Below are positions 19,142 through 28,017 of a DNA stretch of 30,777 bases, in pieces. Under the pieces are notes generated by a model. The model made no database searches, was not told the DNA's origin, and saw only the letters and a program-made list of their open reading frames with translations. The position numbers were made by a program, and so were the translations under genes. Source of the DNA: Promethearchaeota archaeon (lineage in GTDB: Archaea > Asgardarchaeota > Hermodarchaeia > Hermodarchaeales > Hermodarchaeaceae); contig JBHLMI010000027.1 in NCBI GenBank assembly GCA_048938295.1, positions 4,650 to 35,426 on the forward strand, given 5' to 3'. How positions within the stretch are numbered: the first letter of the stretch is position 1; each line of letters begins with the position of its first letter.

Positions 19142-19624
19142 ATGTCGCTAATCAATGAAAGGCTGTACCGAGTAAGGGGAATTGCCAACTACCAATTTCG
19201 TGCCGCAATCGGGCACATAGTTTTTCCTGACAATTGTCATGTGGAGATTTCAAAAAGTACTAGGCGGATTCGCCGGATTTTTCTTGACGCACAGATTCTT
19301 GCTACTGTTCGCGCACATGACGGATTCCTTGTTCTCACCATCGAAGGGGCTAGACGTTTGCACAACGCATTACCTTTCCCCAAACTCAGAGTAGTTGTGA
19401 TCCAAGAGATAGCTCCATTCATTTCAAAGGGTCGTAGCGTCTTTGCCAAACACGTCAAAGCAGTAGATCCACAGCTTCGCGCTGGTGATGAGGTAATAGT
19501 TGTTGATGGTCAAGATAGATTGCTTGCGGTAGGAAGGGCTAGTCTTAGTCCTCAAGAAATGTTAGATCTAACCCGTGGAGTGGCTGTAAAGACCCGTCAC
19601 TCGACTGGTAAACAAAAAAGCTAA
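19142..19624 (+). CDS. PUA-domain protein
   Basis: IANYQF, GRSVFAKHV, RAGDEV and GVAVKTR. Confidence 0.85.
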   Translation: MSLINERLYRVRGIANYQFRAAIGHIVFPDNCHVEISKSTRRIRRIFLDAQILATVRAHDGFLVLTIEGARRLHNALPFPKLRVVVIQEIAPFISKGRSVFAKHVKAVDPQLRAGDEVIVVDGQDRLLAVGRASLSPQEMLDLTRGVAVKTRHSTGKQKS

Positions 19625-19671
19625 ATTTGTTCAGCCAATTATGCGATGCTGTAACTGCTTGAGGGATACCT

Positions 19672-20064
19672 TTGGTGAAAGTAAAGAAAGTAAAATCAAA
19701 AAAACGCTCAATGGAACGCCAGATGCGTCGGATGGGTGTTGATTTCCAACAACTTGAAGATGTCACAGAAGTTCTTATTCGTTTTCCAGATAGAGAATTA
19801 GTTATTCCTGAAGCTCAGGTGATAAAGATGCAGGCACAGGAAGACGATGTCTTCCAAATTGTGGGAAAATCGGAGGAAAGGAATCTTACAATCTCCGCTG
19901 GACCAGAAGAGGGTGCTCCTGCAACAACTGCTCAAACCTTTACTGAAGAAGATGTCCAACTCGTAGCTAGCCAAGCAAACGTTTCAGAGGATGAAGCACG
20001 CGAAGCTTTACGTGGCGCTGAGGGCAACCTTGCAAGGGCAATAATCGCTCTAACTGAAAAATAG
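19672..20064 (+). CDS. nac: Nascent polypeptide-associated complex (aNAC)
   Basis: RQMRRMG, NAC domain, and UBA-like EEDVQLVASQANVS...GNLARAI. Confidence 0.93.
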   Translation: MVKVKKVKSKKRSMERQMRRMGVDFQQLEDVTEVLIRFPDRELVIPEAQVIKMQAQEDDVFQIVGKSEERNLTISAGPEEGAPATTAQTFTEEDVQLVASQANVSEDEAREALRGAEGNLARAIIALTEK

Positions 20065-20071
20065 ATTCAGT

Positions 20072-20725
20072 CTATGCGTTTGCTTTTCGCTCTAGCATTG
20101 CTTTGACGCGTTTCATCCGAAACAGGTCTTCTCTTTCCTGTTCTTCTAACATCAACTCGATATATCGAATTGTGTTATTAATTCGTGGAAGAACCACATA
20201 ATTAAGCGCATTAACACGGCGTTTCGTTTTCTCAATTTCCGATGCGAGTCGTTTAACTGTTGCTTCAATCTCCGCGAGTCGTACAACTTTATCTAACGCC
20301 AATCGTACCTTTTGGGCAGCTTTATCGACCGTAGCAGAAGTTCCTGCCAGACTGTAATGTAGCTGAACTGATTCTTCGTGCTCTGTGATTCTAAAAATTG
20401 GAACAGTAACTCCCATCGTATTCCGTGTTTCAACTTCAAAATCAAGTGGACTCTTTGCTCCCAAGGCTAGTTCTTCGAGTTTTGTTCCGCCTTCAACTAA
20501 CTTGGCGTTCAGTAATGAAATATAAGCTTCAGCAAGGGTTGATTCCATTTCTTCTCTGAATTTTTTTGCTTCTGATAGAATTGTAAAGAATTCACGAACA
20601 AGTGCGTCTTGCTTCTCTCGGAGCAGTTCATAACCTCGAGCAGCTAGTTCCCTGCGTTCTTTGAGCGCGAGTAATTCCATCCGTGTCGGGCGAACTCCTG
20701 CGATGATTCCTGCCGATTCAGACAC
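20072..20725 (-). CDS. atpD: A/V-type ATP synthase subunit D
   Basis: PTRMELL, GYELLREKQDAL, NTMGV and EIEKTKRRVNALNY. Confidence 0.95.
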   Translation of the reverse strand: MSESAGIIAGVRPTRMELLALKERRELAARGYELLREKQDALVREFFTILSEAKKFREEMESTLAEAYISLLNAKLVEGGTKLEELALGAKSPLDFEVETRNTMGVTVPIFRITEHEESVQLHYSLAGTSATVDKAAQKVRLALDKVVRLAEIEATVKRLASEIEKTKRRVNALNYVVLPRINNTIRYIELMLEEQEREDLFRMKRVKAMLERKANA

Positions 20726-20734
20726 AGTAATCCC

Positions 20735-21022
20735 TCAAGGAAGTAAAGCGTACACTCCTACGACCCAAATAAGAATCGCTGCCACGACAATAAGCCATTC
20801 GACCAACAATCTTCGGGTTCTCTCAGGATTATCGCTCATAAGGCCTGTTATGCCGAAACACAGACCACAAATAAGCAGATAGGAAAGGAGAATTATTGCT
20901 GATGCTTGATCCCATGGAATATCCAGGACCAGGTTCGTAATGGCAACGAAACCTGCAGCTAACAGGAAGATAATGCCAAGAACCTGTAGGATTCGAATGA
21001 GCTTCATATTTGTTTCGGCCAC
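20735..21022 (-). CDS. Small hypothetical membrane protein (about 3 TM)
   Basis: 95-aa hydrophobic ORF ending 9 nt before atpD; TTAAATA upstream. Confidence 0.6.
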   Translation of the reverse strand: MAETNMKLIRILQVLGIIFLLAAGFVAITNLVLDIPWDQASAIILLSYLLICGLCFGITGLMSDNPERTRRLLVEWLIVVAAILIWVVGVYALLP

Positions 21023-21185
21023 AACAGCACGCTCGTTACTATGATAAGGTAAAGCGAAAATGCGGGTGCTCGATATTTAACTTTGTCGGACGGAAACCTC
21101 TTCATGCTTGTAAGAGAATAATTATGGGGTTTATAGAATCTTTTGTAAAACTTCTATGTATGCCCGACTGGAGCATTATTCACCA

Positions 21186-21393
21186 GTCATTAGGCGGCAG
21201 GGCTGCATCTCCGTGCATGAGGCCCCCTCCGGCGTAGCAAGAAATTCCCCTGCAGAAGAGGCAGGCGTGAGGCGGAGAAGCGTGAGAACCTGGAAAGTTT
21301 CGGGCAAAACGCCCCTTGGCGACGAGTGTACCTAGAAGGAAAAGCCCGAAGCCCAATCTGACAGGAAAGGGAGGATGTCGCGCATTGCTGACT
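21186..21393 (+). ncRNA. Unassigned structured ncRNA candidate (RNase P-like topology)
   Basis: No credible ORF. Nested pairings GCGGCA/TGTCGC and GGGCT/AGCCC plus internal hairpins; AT-rich upstream region. Confidence 0.4.
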
Positions 21394-21411
21394 CTACAAA
21401 TTTGTTTGTCA

Positions 21412-22705
21412 TCACAATTCATCGAAAGTGTGGATGCGCATTTTCGCCGGTTTCTTTACAATGTTGCCAACTCGCACCCCAATAATTAATTCGACGCCAC
21501 GATCTTCGGCAATATCAATGAGGCGTTGTGTGATAACGCCATCTAAGATAAGCACTTTAGCTTTATCGAGTTCTTGCAAATCGTTAGCCAGTTCACCCAC
21601 GTGGGTTTCCTTTAACTGTTTAAACTTCTCATCTATGATGACTGCCATCATCGTCTGTTGAATCTTTTGAGCAGAATCAAGCACCGGCTTTGGGATTCCC
21701 AAATCCTTCATCTTTGGCTCTGGTTTTCTTTCAGCTGTCATTCGTGTGCTAGAGGCAGTACGCGTGGGTGTTCGCCGCTGTTTCTTTGCCTTCTCAGGAG
21801 TTCGACGTGTACGTTTCTTCTCCTTCGGTTTCGCTTTTACTGGTGCTTTTCCTAATACCTGCTCTGCTGGAATCTTATTACGTAGGGCTTTAGTAATCTC
21901 TTTGTGAGTGAGCTCCTCTACTTCTCTACCAGTAGGTGCTCTAGCCACATAATCAACCTTGATGGTCTGTGCAAGTTCTTTTAGAATTAAATCTCCACCG
22001 CGATCACCATCGAGAAATGCAATCACACTTTTATCCTTGGCAATGTCAGCGATAGATTTAGGAATCGATGTCCCCTCAACTGCAACAGCATTCTTGACAC
22101 CAGATCTCAACAGGGCTAAGACATCCGCTCGGCCCTCTACAATGATAATGATCTTTGATGTCTCTACCTCTGGTCCCGCAGGAAGTCTTTCTTTACCAAA
22201 TTTGATAATCTCTGCAGTTCTTGCCTGTTGAAGAACCGTATCTGTCATTTCCTGAGAATCCGGAGAGATTTCCCCTTCCCAGTCCCGTAGCAAATCTACT
22301 GCACGATTCACAATTTGTTGCCGCTTTTCTTCGCGGACATCCTCGAGTTTTTCAAGGGTTATTTTAGCTGCACAGGGGCCAACTCTGTCCACTGTTTCCA
22401 TCGCGGCTGCAAGGATTGCTGTTTCAGTCCGATCTAGACTACAGGGGATAGTGATGGTGCCCTTTGATTTTCCACTCTCAGTGTGAAGCTCGACTTTTAT
22501 TCGACCAATCCGCCCCGATTGTTGTAATTCTCTTAGATCTAAATCTTCACCGATTACCCCTTCACATCGCTGATATGAAGTGTAGGCCCTCTGTTTGACC
22601 GAAGAGAGCACCTACGACATCGGGGGTCTCAACTACTCCATCTATCTCGATTTTACCATGAATACAATACTTCGTAGTACCAGTACCTTCTGCATTTGCT
22701 CCCAT
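21412..22705 (-). CDS. dnaG: Archaeal DnaG (exosome-associated, TOPRIM), interrupted by a 28-nt BHB intron. Exons 22705-22582 and 22553-21412; 421 aa spliced
   Basis: Exon 1 reads [16 protein letters not shown]...[17 protein letters not shown]. Exon 2 continues (L)[18 protein letters not shown]...IVEGRADV...FLDGDRGG...APTGREVE. The ORF track sees only exon 2. Confidence 0.93.
22554..22581 (-). other. BHB intron in dnaG mRNA
   Basis: GCCT-AC|A-CTTCATATC-AGC-GATGTGAAG-GGGT-AA|T: 4-bp helix, two 3-nt bulges and a 9-bp intron stem; contains an in-frame TGA. Confidence 0.88.
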
Positions 22706-22841
22706 AATCGTCACCTTGTGAAATGATTTATGATATGTCAGTGTGGGCGTGTGATATTGAGAACGCCACTTTGAAGTGATGTGTGATGATGCTTAGGTAA
22801 TTTGGTAATTGTGATACAGCTAGCCTCATGAATGAGCCACA

Positions 22842-23261
22842 TTAAAATTTTGTGCCTTTCGAAGTTTTCTCGATTCGTTTCAGTCCCTCAATTACCCTCA
22901 CACGCCAACAAAACGCTCGCCTTAGCTGGTACCGTTCTCGATGAAGGATTGACACGCCCCGCCCTTCTAATTGCTCAGTTAGTCGTCTTGTCAATTGCCC
23001 TCCCCGTCGATCAAAATCAAATAGGATGAGTAAACGAGGAATATTAGCCAATTCATCAGCTAAACTAATGATACTGTGACCCGCAAGCATGTAAATAGGT
23101 CCACTCAAGCCTAATCCCCGTAATGCGGTGATATCTTTAATCCCCTCTACTACTATTGTTATACCCTCTTCTGAGAGGTTATTTAAGAGCTGAAGGCCTT
23201 TTACAAAACGCTCTTCCAGTCGTTCCTGGTTAGTTTGAGTCGCTTCGCGTTGTGGGCACAT
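22842..23261 (-). CDS. Small TOPRIM-domain protein
   Basis: IVVEGIKD and LFDFDRRG TOPRIM motifs. Confidence 0.85.
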   Translation of the reverse strand: MCPQREATQTNQERLEERFVKGLQLLNNLSEEGITIVVEGIKDITALRGLGLSGPIYMLAGHSIISLADELANIPRLLILFDFDRRGGQLTRRLTEQLEGRGVSILHRERYQLRRAFCWRVRVIEGLKRIEKTSKGTKF

Positions 23262-23393
23262 GATAATTCGCCAAAACTACTTACCAGGGTCACTGTGCTA
23301 GCTGGCTCTTATATTTCTCTGGTAATGGACTGTAAGTATCGGTGTACTTTTATATCACACAGAATATGCCCGAAGGGTAATGGTGTATTATTT

Positions 23394-24491
23394 GTGAACA
23401 GCCTTCCACCTAGCGTAATAAAGATTGCACAGCATACCCAAGAAGTGCTAACCATAGAGGACTTAGTTGCTGCCTTTGCACGGCAAGAAAAACCTCGTGG
23501 ATATATTGGTGTTGAACCCAGTGGATTATTTCATGTGGGATGGCTCGGGTGGGTCCAAAAGCTCAATGAACTGGTGGATATGGGTGTGCGCATGGAAATT
23601 CTCCTCGCTACTTGGCATGCTCAAGTAAACGACAAATTTGGAGGCAGTATTGAAAAAATTAGACGTTGTGCTGAATACCTACGTCACTGCTTTGTCGCAT
23701 TAAAAGTAGATACTACCAAAGTACACATCATAACCGCAGAAGACTTAATGCGTCGCCTTGAATACTGGGAAAGAATTCTGCGAGTGGCCAAGAATCTCAC
23801 TCTCGCTCGAGTACGCCGATCGACTGACATAATGGGTCGAACTGAGGAGGAAGCCGCTATTGACTTCTCTAAGCTCATCTATCCGCTCTTACAGGTAACG
23901 GATATCATAGATCAACAATACCAAATCTGTCTTTCTGGGATGGATCAGCGTCGTGCACATGTGCTAGCCCGCGAAGTGGCCGATAAGATGAAACTAGGGT
24001 GGAAACCTATAGGCATTCATATGCCCCTTCTTCTCGGGCTCACTGGAGCTGCTCGGATGGACGTCTCCTCCGAGTTCACAGCGCAAGACTTGTCTATAGA
24101 AATCAAGATGTCAAAATCAAAACCTGGCGATGCCATTTTCATTCATGACCCGCCTCGAGTAATCAGAAGGAAAATCAAGAATGCTTACTGTCCTGCAGGA
24201 GAAGTGGAAAATAATCCAATACTCAATTACGTTCGAAATATCCTGTTTATGCAAGATGGCTATACTCTACACATAGAGCGAGCCGAGAAATATGGTGGGC
24301 CATTAAGTCTTACGAGCGCTGATGAACTCGAATCACTGTATGCTGCAGGAGCCATTCATCCATTGGATTTGAAAGAGGCAGCAGCTAAGGCTCTTTGCGA
24401 TTTTCTTGAACCGATAAGGAAATACTTCGAAGATAATCCTGAGGCAAAGAAACTCTATGAAGAAATCACGGAATTCCAGGTAACCCGATAA
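23394..24491 (+). CDS. tyrS: Tyrosyl-tRNA synthetase
   Basis: YIGVEPSG, HIGH-like HVGW, YPLLQVTD, GMDQRRAH and KMSKS. GTG 23394 preferred, with tttatat about 40 nt upstream. Confidence 0.93.
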   Translation: MNSLPPSVIKIAQHTQEVLTIEDLVAAFARQEKPRGYIGVEPSGLFHVGWLGWVQKLNELVDMGVRMEILLATWHAQVNDKFGGSIEKIRRCAEYLRHCFVALKVDTTKVHIITAEDLMRRLEYWERILRVAKNLTLARVRRSTDIMGRTEEEAAIDFSKLIYPLLQVTDIIDQQYQICLSGMDQRRAHVLAREVADKMKLGWKPIGIHMPLLLGLTGAARMDVSSEFTAQDLSIEIKMSKSKPGDAIFIHDPPRVIRRKIKNAYCPAGEVENNPILNYVRNILFMQDGYTLHIERAEKYGGPLSLTSADELESLYAAGAIHPLDLKEAAAKALCDFLEPIRKYFEDNPEAKKLYEEITEFQVTR

Positions 24492-24500
24492 ATCCTGAGG

Positions 24501-25364
24501 TTACCTGCTGTTTAGTTGGATATCAAGAACGAAGTGATTGTACCTAGGATTATAGGTCTTTATCATTCGTGTATTAACAAGCTTCACTTGTCGCTTCATC
24601 GTCAATGCCATCTTCTGTAATTGTGAAAGCAGCTTTGATTCCATATCTTCTTTAGGACCAATTTCATGGATGTGCATCATACCTCCAGAACGAAGGCATT
24701 GTATTCCTTGTTCGAGATACTGACTAGTGCCTTGAATTAAACCCATGATGACCCGATCTGCTTGGCCTTTGCCTATTCGTGGGGCGAGTTGACGGGCATC
24801 TCCAAAATGTGGCTGGATCAATTGGGAGACATTGTTTGATTGGATGTTTTGTTCAAGATAATGGAAGGCATCAGGGTTCCACTCAATTGCATGAATGGCT
24901 TTGGGTTTTGCGTGCACAGCCATGGGAAGAGATAGGTACCCTATCCCGGCAAACATGTCAATGACAAACTCATCAGTTCCCAGCCTGCTCATGCGTAGCC
25001 GTTCTGCCTTATTTCCAAAGGAAAACATGACTTTCACTGGATCTAAATGGAAAATCACTTTGTTTTCTCGAAAGACTGTCTCAGTTTCAGGTGATCCAGC
25101 AATCAATTCCACTGAAGGTTTCCGGTAGGGACCCGTAATTGCAGCTGTTCGCCGTAGGACGGATCGAATTTTAGTACTATATCCTAGCGTAGCGTCTCCA
25201 ATCAACTCCTTGTATTGCACAATTAGTGGGTCTAGCCACAAGATGGCTACATGGCCCAGTATTCGAAGCCGTCGAGGTAGGAGTCCAGGAGGTATCTGGT
25301 CTCCCAGCTGGGTTTTGAGGAAGTGATAGAAAGTTGTGCGGTGCCGATGGGTTATTTTCTTCAC
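24501..25364 (-). CDS. Met-10+/Trm5-TYW2 family SAM-dependent transferase, probably Taw2
   Basis: MFSFGNKAER, DMFAGIGY, EWNP, GD, DRVIMG and HIHE. Confidence 0.8.
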   Translation of the reverse strand: MKKITHRHRTTFYHFLKTQLGDQIPPGLLPRRLRILGHVAILWLDPLIVQYKELIGDATLGYSTKIRSVLRRTAAITGPYRKPSVELIAGSPETETVFRENKVIFHLDPVKVMFSFGNKAERLRMSRLGTDEFVIDMFAGIGYLSLPMAVHAKPKAIHAIEWNPDAFHYLEQNIQSNNVSQLIQPHFGDARQLAPRIGKGQADRVIMGLIQGTSQYLEQGIQCLRSGGMMHIHEIGPKEDMESKLLSQLQKMALTMKRQVKLVNTRMIKTYNPRYNHFVLDIQLNSR

Positions 25365-25744
25365 CTGAATGATTATAATCTAAAGAAGTGATGGGTCGCT
25401 TCTGCTCTGCTGACCGATACACTAACGCCCCATCATCATCGGTGGGCAGAGCGCCTTTATTCCTCCGACGGGTCCTCTCTTAATATGTCGGGCATTATGA
25501 GCCTATGCGACCCGGCGTTGAAGTGTGGACATCGTGGGTTGCCCCCGCAGTCACCTCATGACGACACGTCATAAATCATGCAGGAGCCTGTCACATGCCG
25601 CATAACCCTCAACGCTGCTCCAGTGTTGCCACAAATTTGCACGAATCATCATCAGATTGTAGTCTTCGGATTCGTCCTCGTTGGTGGCTATTATCCTTTC
25701 ATTGCCTACAAACAAACGTAAACGGTTCCTCAAAAAAGCTTCCA

Positions 25745-26239
25745 CTATTGACTTGGAACACCATGGTAGATAATCCGTCCATCTCGATCAATCTGCCCCG
25801 CTCGGATGCGTGTGGATGAAATTGAGATCTGGTCTTCCGCTTTAACCATGGTCAGAACGGCGATGTGTAAAAGAGACAGCTTGTACTCGCGGCGTATTTC
25901 ATTGATTTCTTTTGCGACTGGGCAAGTTTCTTCACTGACAACAATCAGTTCGAGCTCCGGCATCGTGATGGCAGGTCCGTATTTGTTGTGAAGTGGTCGA
26001 ATAATATAACGTCCACTATACCCTTCGCTTTCTAACCATTTTTCTAGTTCCTCTTTGCGCTCGTCATAACTGGCGATTATTTCCCAATCAGGCTTATGCA
26101 TGACCATATCCTGTGTGGTTAACCCAATAAGCACCTGCTTGCCCAACTCGAAGGCCCTGCGAAGTAGTGTTTTGTGTCCCTTATGTAGACGGTCGAAGGT
26201 TCCACCGATGGCTGCCCATTCATATGGCACTTCAGACAC
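25745..26239 (-). CDS. coaD: Phosphopantetheine adenylyltransferase (archaeal)
   Basis: GGTFDRLHKGH, GLTT, IVVSEET and ISSTRIR. The start is uncertain (GTG 26239 or TTG 26317). Confidence 0.88.
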   Translation of the reverse strand: MSEVPYEWAAIGGTFDRLHKGHKTLLRRAFELGKQVLIGLTTQDMVMHKPDWEIIASYDERKEELEKWLESEGYSGRYIIRPLHNKYGPAITMPELELIVVSEETCPVAKEINEIRREYKLSLLHIAVLTMVKAEDQISISSTRIRAGQIDRDGRIIYHGVPSQ

Positions 26240-26319
26240 GATGCAGTCCTCATGTCTTGCTTTTATATTCTGTTGAAAAAGCTTTACCACAAGCCAAAAT
26301 TTGATTGCTGATGGCAATG

Positions 26320-27423
26320 CTACCCGATGCCGATGGTGTTGCCGATGCCTGCGATGATGATGGTGTCACCCTTCGTTGTCCGCAAACGGACTGCATTTTT
26401 CATCCGTTCAACAGCTTTAGGAACTGCGTCAACGAGAGATTTCTTCATCGGTGCAAGCGCATCTTCTAATGACTCTTTGATGACAATCGCGTCGATGGGG
26501 ATTTTGTACTTGACAGCAGGATCCTCCATCTTGAATTTCTCAGGTCCTGGATCGCCAATTGCGGCACCAACGCCTTCAATCACTTGTCCAGTGTCTTCCC
26601 CTTCAAGTTTTAGTCCGGCATCAACGGTGATGATACGGGCAATTTTTCCTTTTTTGCGTTCAACTACTTTCTTTATGCCCTCACCGGGCTTACCAACTTG
26701 GCTTCCGAATCCCTTTGCACGGACAAACCATAAGGTCCGTCCTTCAAATTCACCGGAAAAAGCAACCGTGTGTTCTGCAATTTCTTCGGGCTCTCCTGCC
26801 TTGATTTCTCGAGCGAAGTGAGTAACTGCAAGGGGACCCATGCCATCACCTATGGGTTTGCCATCGGCAAAAGCGCGGGTAGCCTCAAAGTACGCTTTAG
26901 CCATCTGAATAATCATGGGTAATTGCATCTGAAGCTGCATAGTATAGTAGATGCTTTTGGTCTTCTTACCCAAAAGCAAGAAATGACGGACAACCCGATA
27001 CACGTAATGAAGGGACATAGCTCCTGAAAGCACAGCTTCGGCGTTTGCCTGTTGTTCTGGGGTAGCCTTTGGGATGACCCGTGCAACATGCTCCTCATAC
27101 CGTGTTGTTCTGACATCAAGGACATGCTCCAATCGCTGCAATACACCCGCCGGGTCCAGGTTGACAGGTTCAATGATGAAAAATTCCATGAAATCATCGA
27201 CGGTTGACTTGAGGTCTTTTTCTTCAATCTTCAAATCCTTGAAGGTCTTGGTGGCAATATTCTTGCCCTGTGTTGCTAAGACTTCAAGCTGTCTCAAGCC
27301 CGCTTCTGCTTGTCGCTGCCAAATGTAGGATTGTAGTCTGGTTCCATACAGATAGATGAACATGAAAAAGACCAGAAAGATGATCTGGAAAATCCAATTG
27401 AAATCAGCAAATTGCAACATCAT
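26320..27423 (-). CDS. DUF1512 family protein
   Basis: N-terminal TM, FFIIEPVNLDP, GxPIGDGMGP, DAGLKLEGE and IAGIGNTIGIG. Confidence 0.85.
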   Translation of the reverse strand: MMLQFADFNWIFQIIFLVFFMFIYLYGTRLQSYIWQRQAEAGLRQLEVLATQGKNIATKTFKDLKIEEKDLKSTVDDFMEFFIIEPVNLDPAGVLQRLEHVLDVRTTRYEEHVARVIPKATPEQQANAEAVLSGAMSLHYVYRVVRHFLLLGKKTKSIYYTMQLQMQLPMIIQMAKAYFEATRAFADGKPIGDGMGPLAVTHFAREIKAGEPEEIAEHTVAFSGEFEGRTLWFVRAKGFGSQVGKPGEGIKKVVERKKGKIARIITVDAGLKLEGEDTGQVIEGVGAAIGDPGPEKFKMEDPAVKYKIPIDAIVIKESLEDALAPMKKSLVDAVPKAVERMKNAVRLRTTKGDTIIIAGIGNTIGIG

Positions 27424-27523
27424 TTGTCACAGGATTCTGGCTAATGCCGGAACGGAATCAAGGCAAAATAAAAACCTTTGCTTACAGTCAACCCTCCACT
27501 CCTAGCATAAAGAAAGGAAAAGA

Positions 27524-27645
27524 AGTGGCGCAGTTCACGCTTTTCCCGACACCTCGCGGATATCAGTACTCAGAGCGACGAAACCGGCTTAACTTCCGGG
27601 ATCTGACGAGACCGGGTGTGACCCAGCTTCTATGACCGCGCCACC
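27524..27645 (-). rRNA. rrf: 5S rRNA (stand-alone)
   Basis: 122 nt; terminal helix GGTGGCGCGGT/ACTGCGCCACT; conserved CACACCCG...CCCGGAAGTTAAGCC; followed by a U-rich tract. Confidence 0.93.
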
Positions 27646-27665
27646 CAGCAGGATTCATCCTTGCC

Positions 27666-27672
27666 TTAAAAA
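27666..27672 (-). promoter_or_regulatory. TATA box of the 5S rRNA gene
   Basis: TTTTTAA 21-27 nt upstream of the 5S 5' end. Confidence 0.6.
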
Positions 27673-27700
27673 TGTTGTGAACTCCTCTCACCGAAAAAAC

Positions 27701-27836
27701 TGGTGGGCCGGCCGAGATTCGAACTCGGGACCACGAGGTCCCAAACCTTGCGAGAAAAACAGAACCCGTTTTCCTTCTCGCATCATACCGCTCTAGTCCA
27801 GCACATATTGTAACTGGATAACTAGACTACCGGCCC
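27701..27836 (-). tRNA. tRNA-Pro(TGG) with two BHB introns. Exons 27836-27820, 27790-27777, 27746-27701; introns 27819-27791 (29 nt, 17/17a) and 27776-27747 (30 nt, 30/31)
   Basis: Spliced GGGCCGGTAGTCTAGTT/CGGTATGATGCGAG/GTTTGGGACCTCGTGGTC...CCGGCCCACCA; anticodon stem CGAGG/CCTCG. Confidence 0.92.
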
Positions 27837-27930
27837 GATGCGCGTAAAGGAACAGACGGGTACTTGATAAATCTTATCTAGAAACTTCTTGCTACAATCT
27901 ACTTTCAATTATACCAGGGTCTCTGCAGAA

Positions 27931-27949
27931 AATAAAACCCGGTTTTATT
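27931..27949. repeat. Inverted repeat AATAAAAC-CCG-GTTTTATT, candidate subterminal hairpin of the tnpB2 element
   Basis: Perfect 8-bp inverted repeat about 70 nt upstream of tnpB2. Confidence 0.35.
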
Positions 27950-28017
27950 ATTTTCTACCTGAGTGATGCATTGTGGCTCTATTCGAAAGACAACCGAATT
28001 GGACTAAAGCACATCTT

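Noticed and set aside
21180-21422. 80-aa minus-strand ORF downstream of dnaG
   Set aside because: No recognisable protein features; the opposite strand shows nested RNA pairings that explain the segment better.
22554-22581. dnaG as a frameshifted pseudogene or sequencing error
   Set aside because: The disruption is a discrete 28-nt hairpin whose BHB-predicted cuts restore both the frame and the conserved motif exactly; random decay is unlikely to do this.
22740-22840. Box C/D sRNA between the TOPRIM gene and dnaG
   Set aside because: GTGATGA is present, but there is no convincing CTGA box D or identifiable guide target.
25499-25513. Group II intron domain V resemblance (GAGCCTATGCG)
   Set aside because: The complementary 3' strand of domain V and a maturase are both absent.
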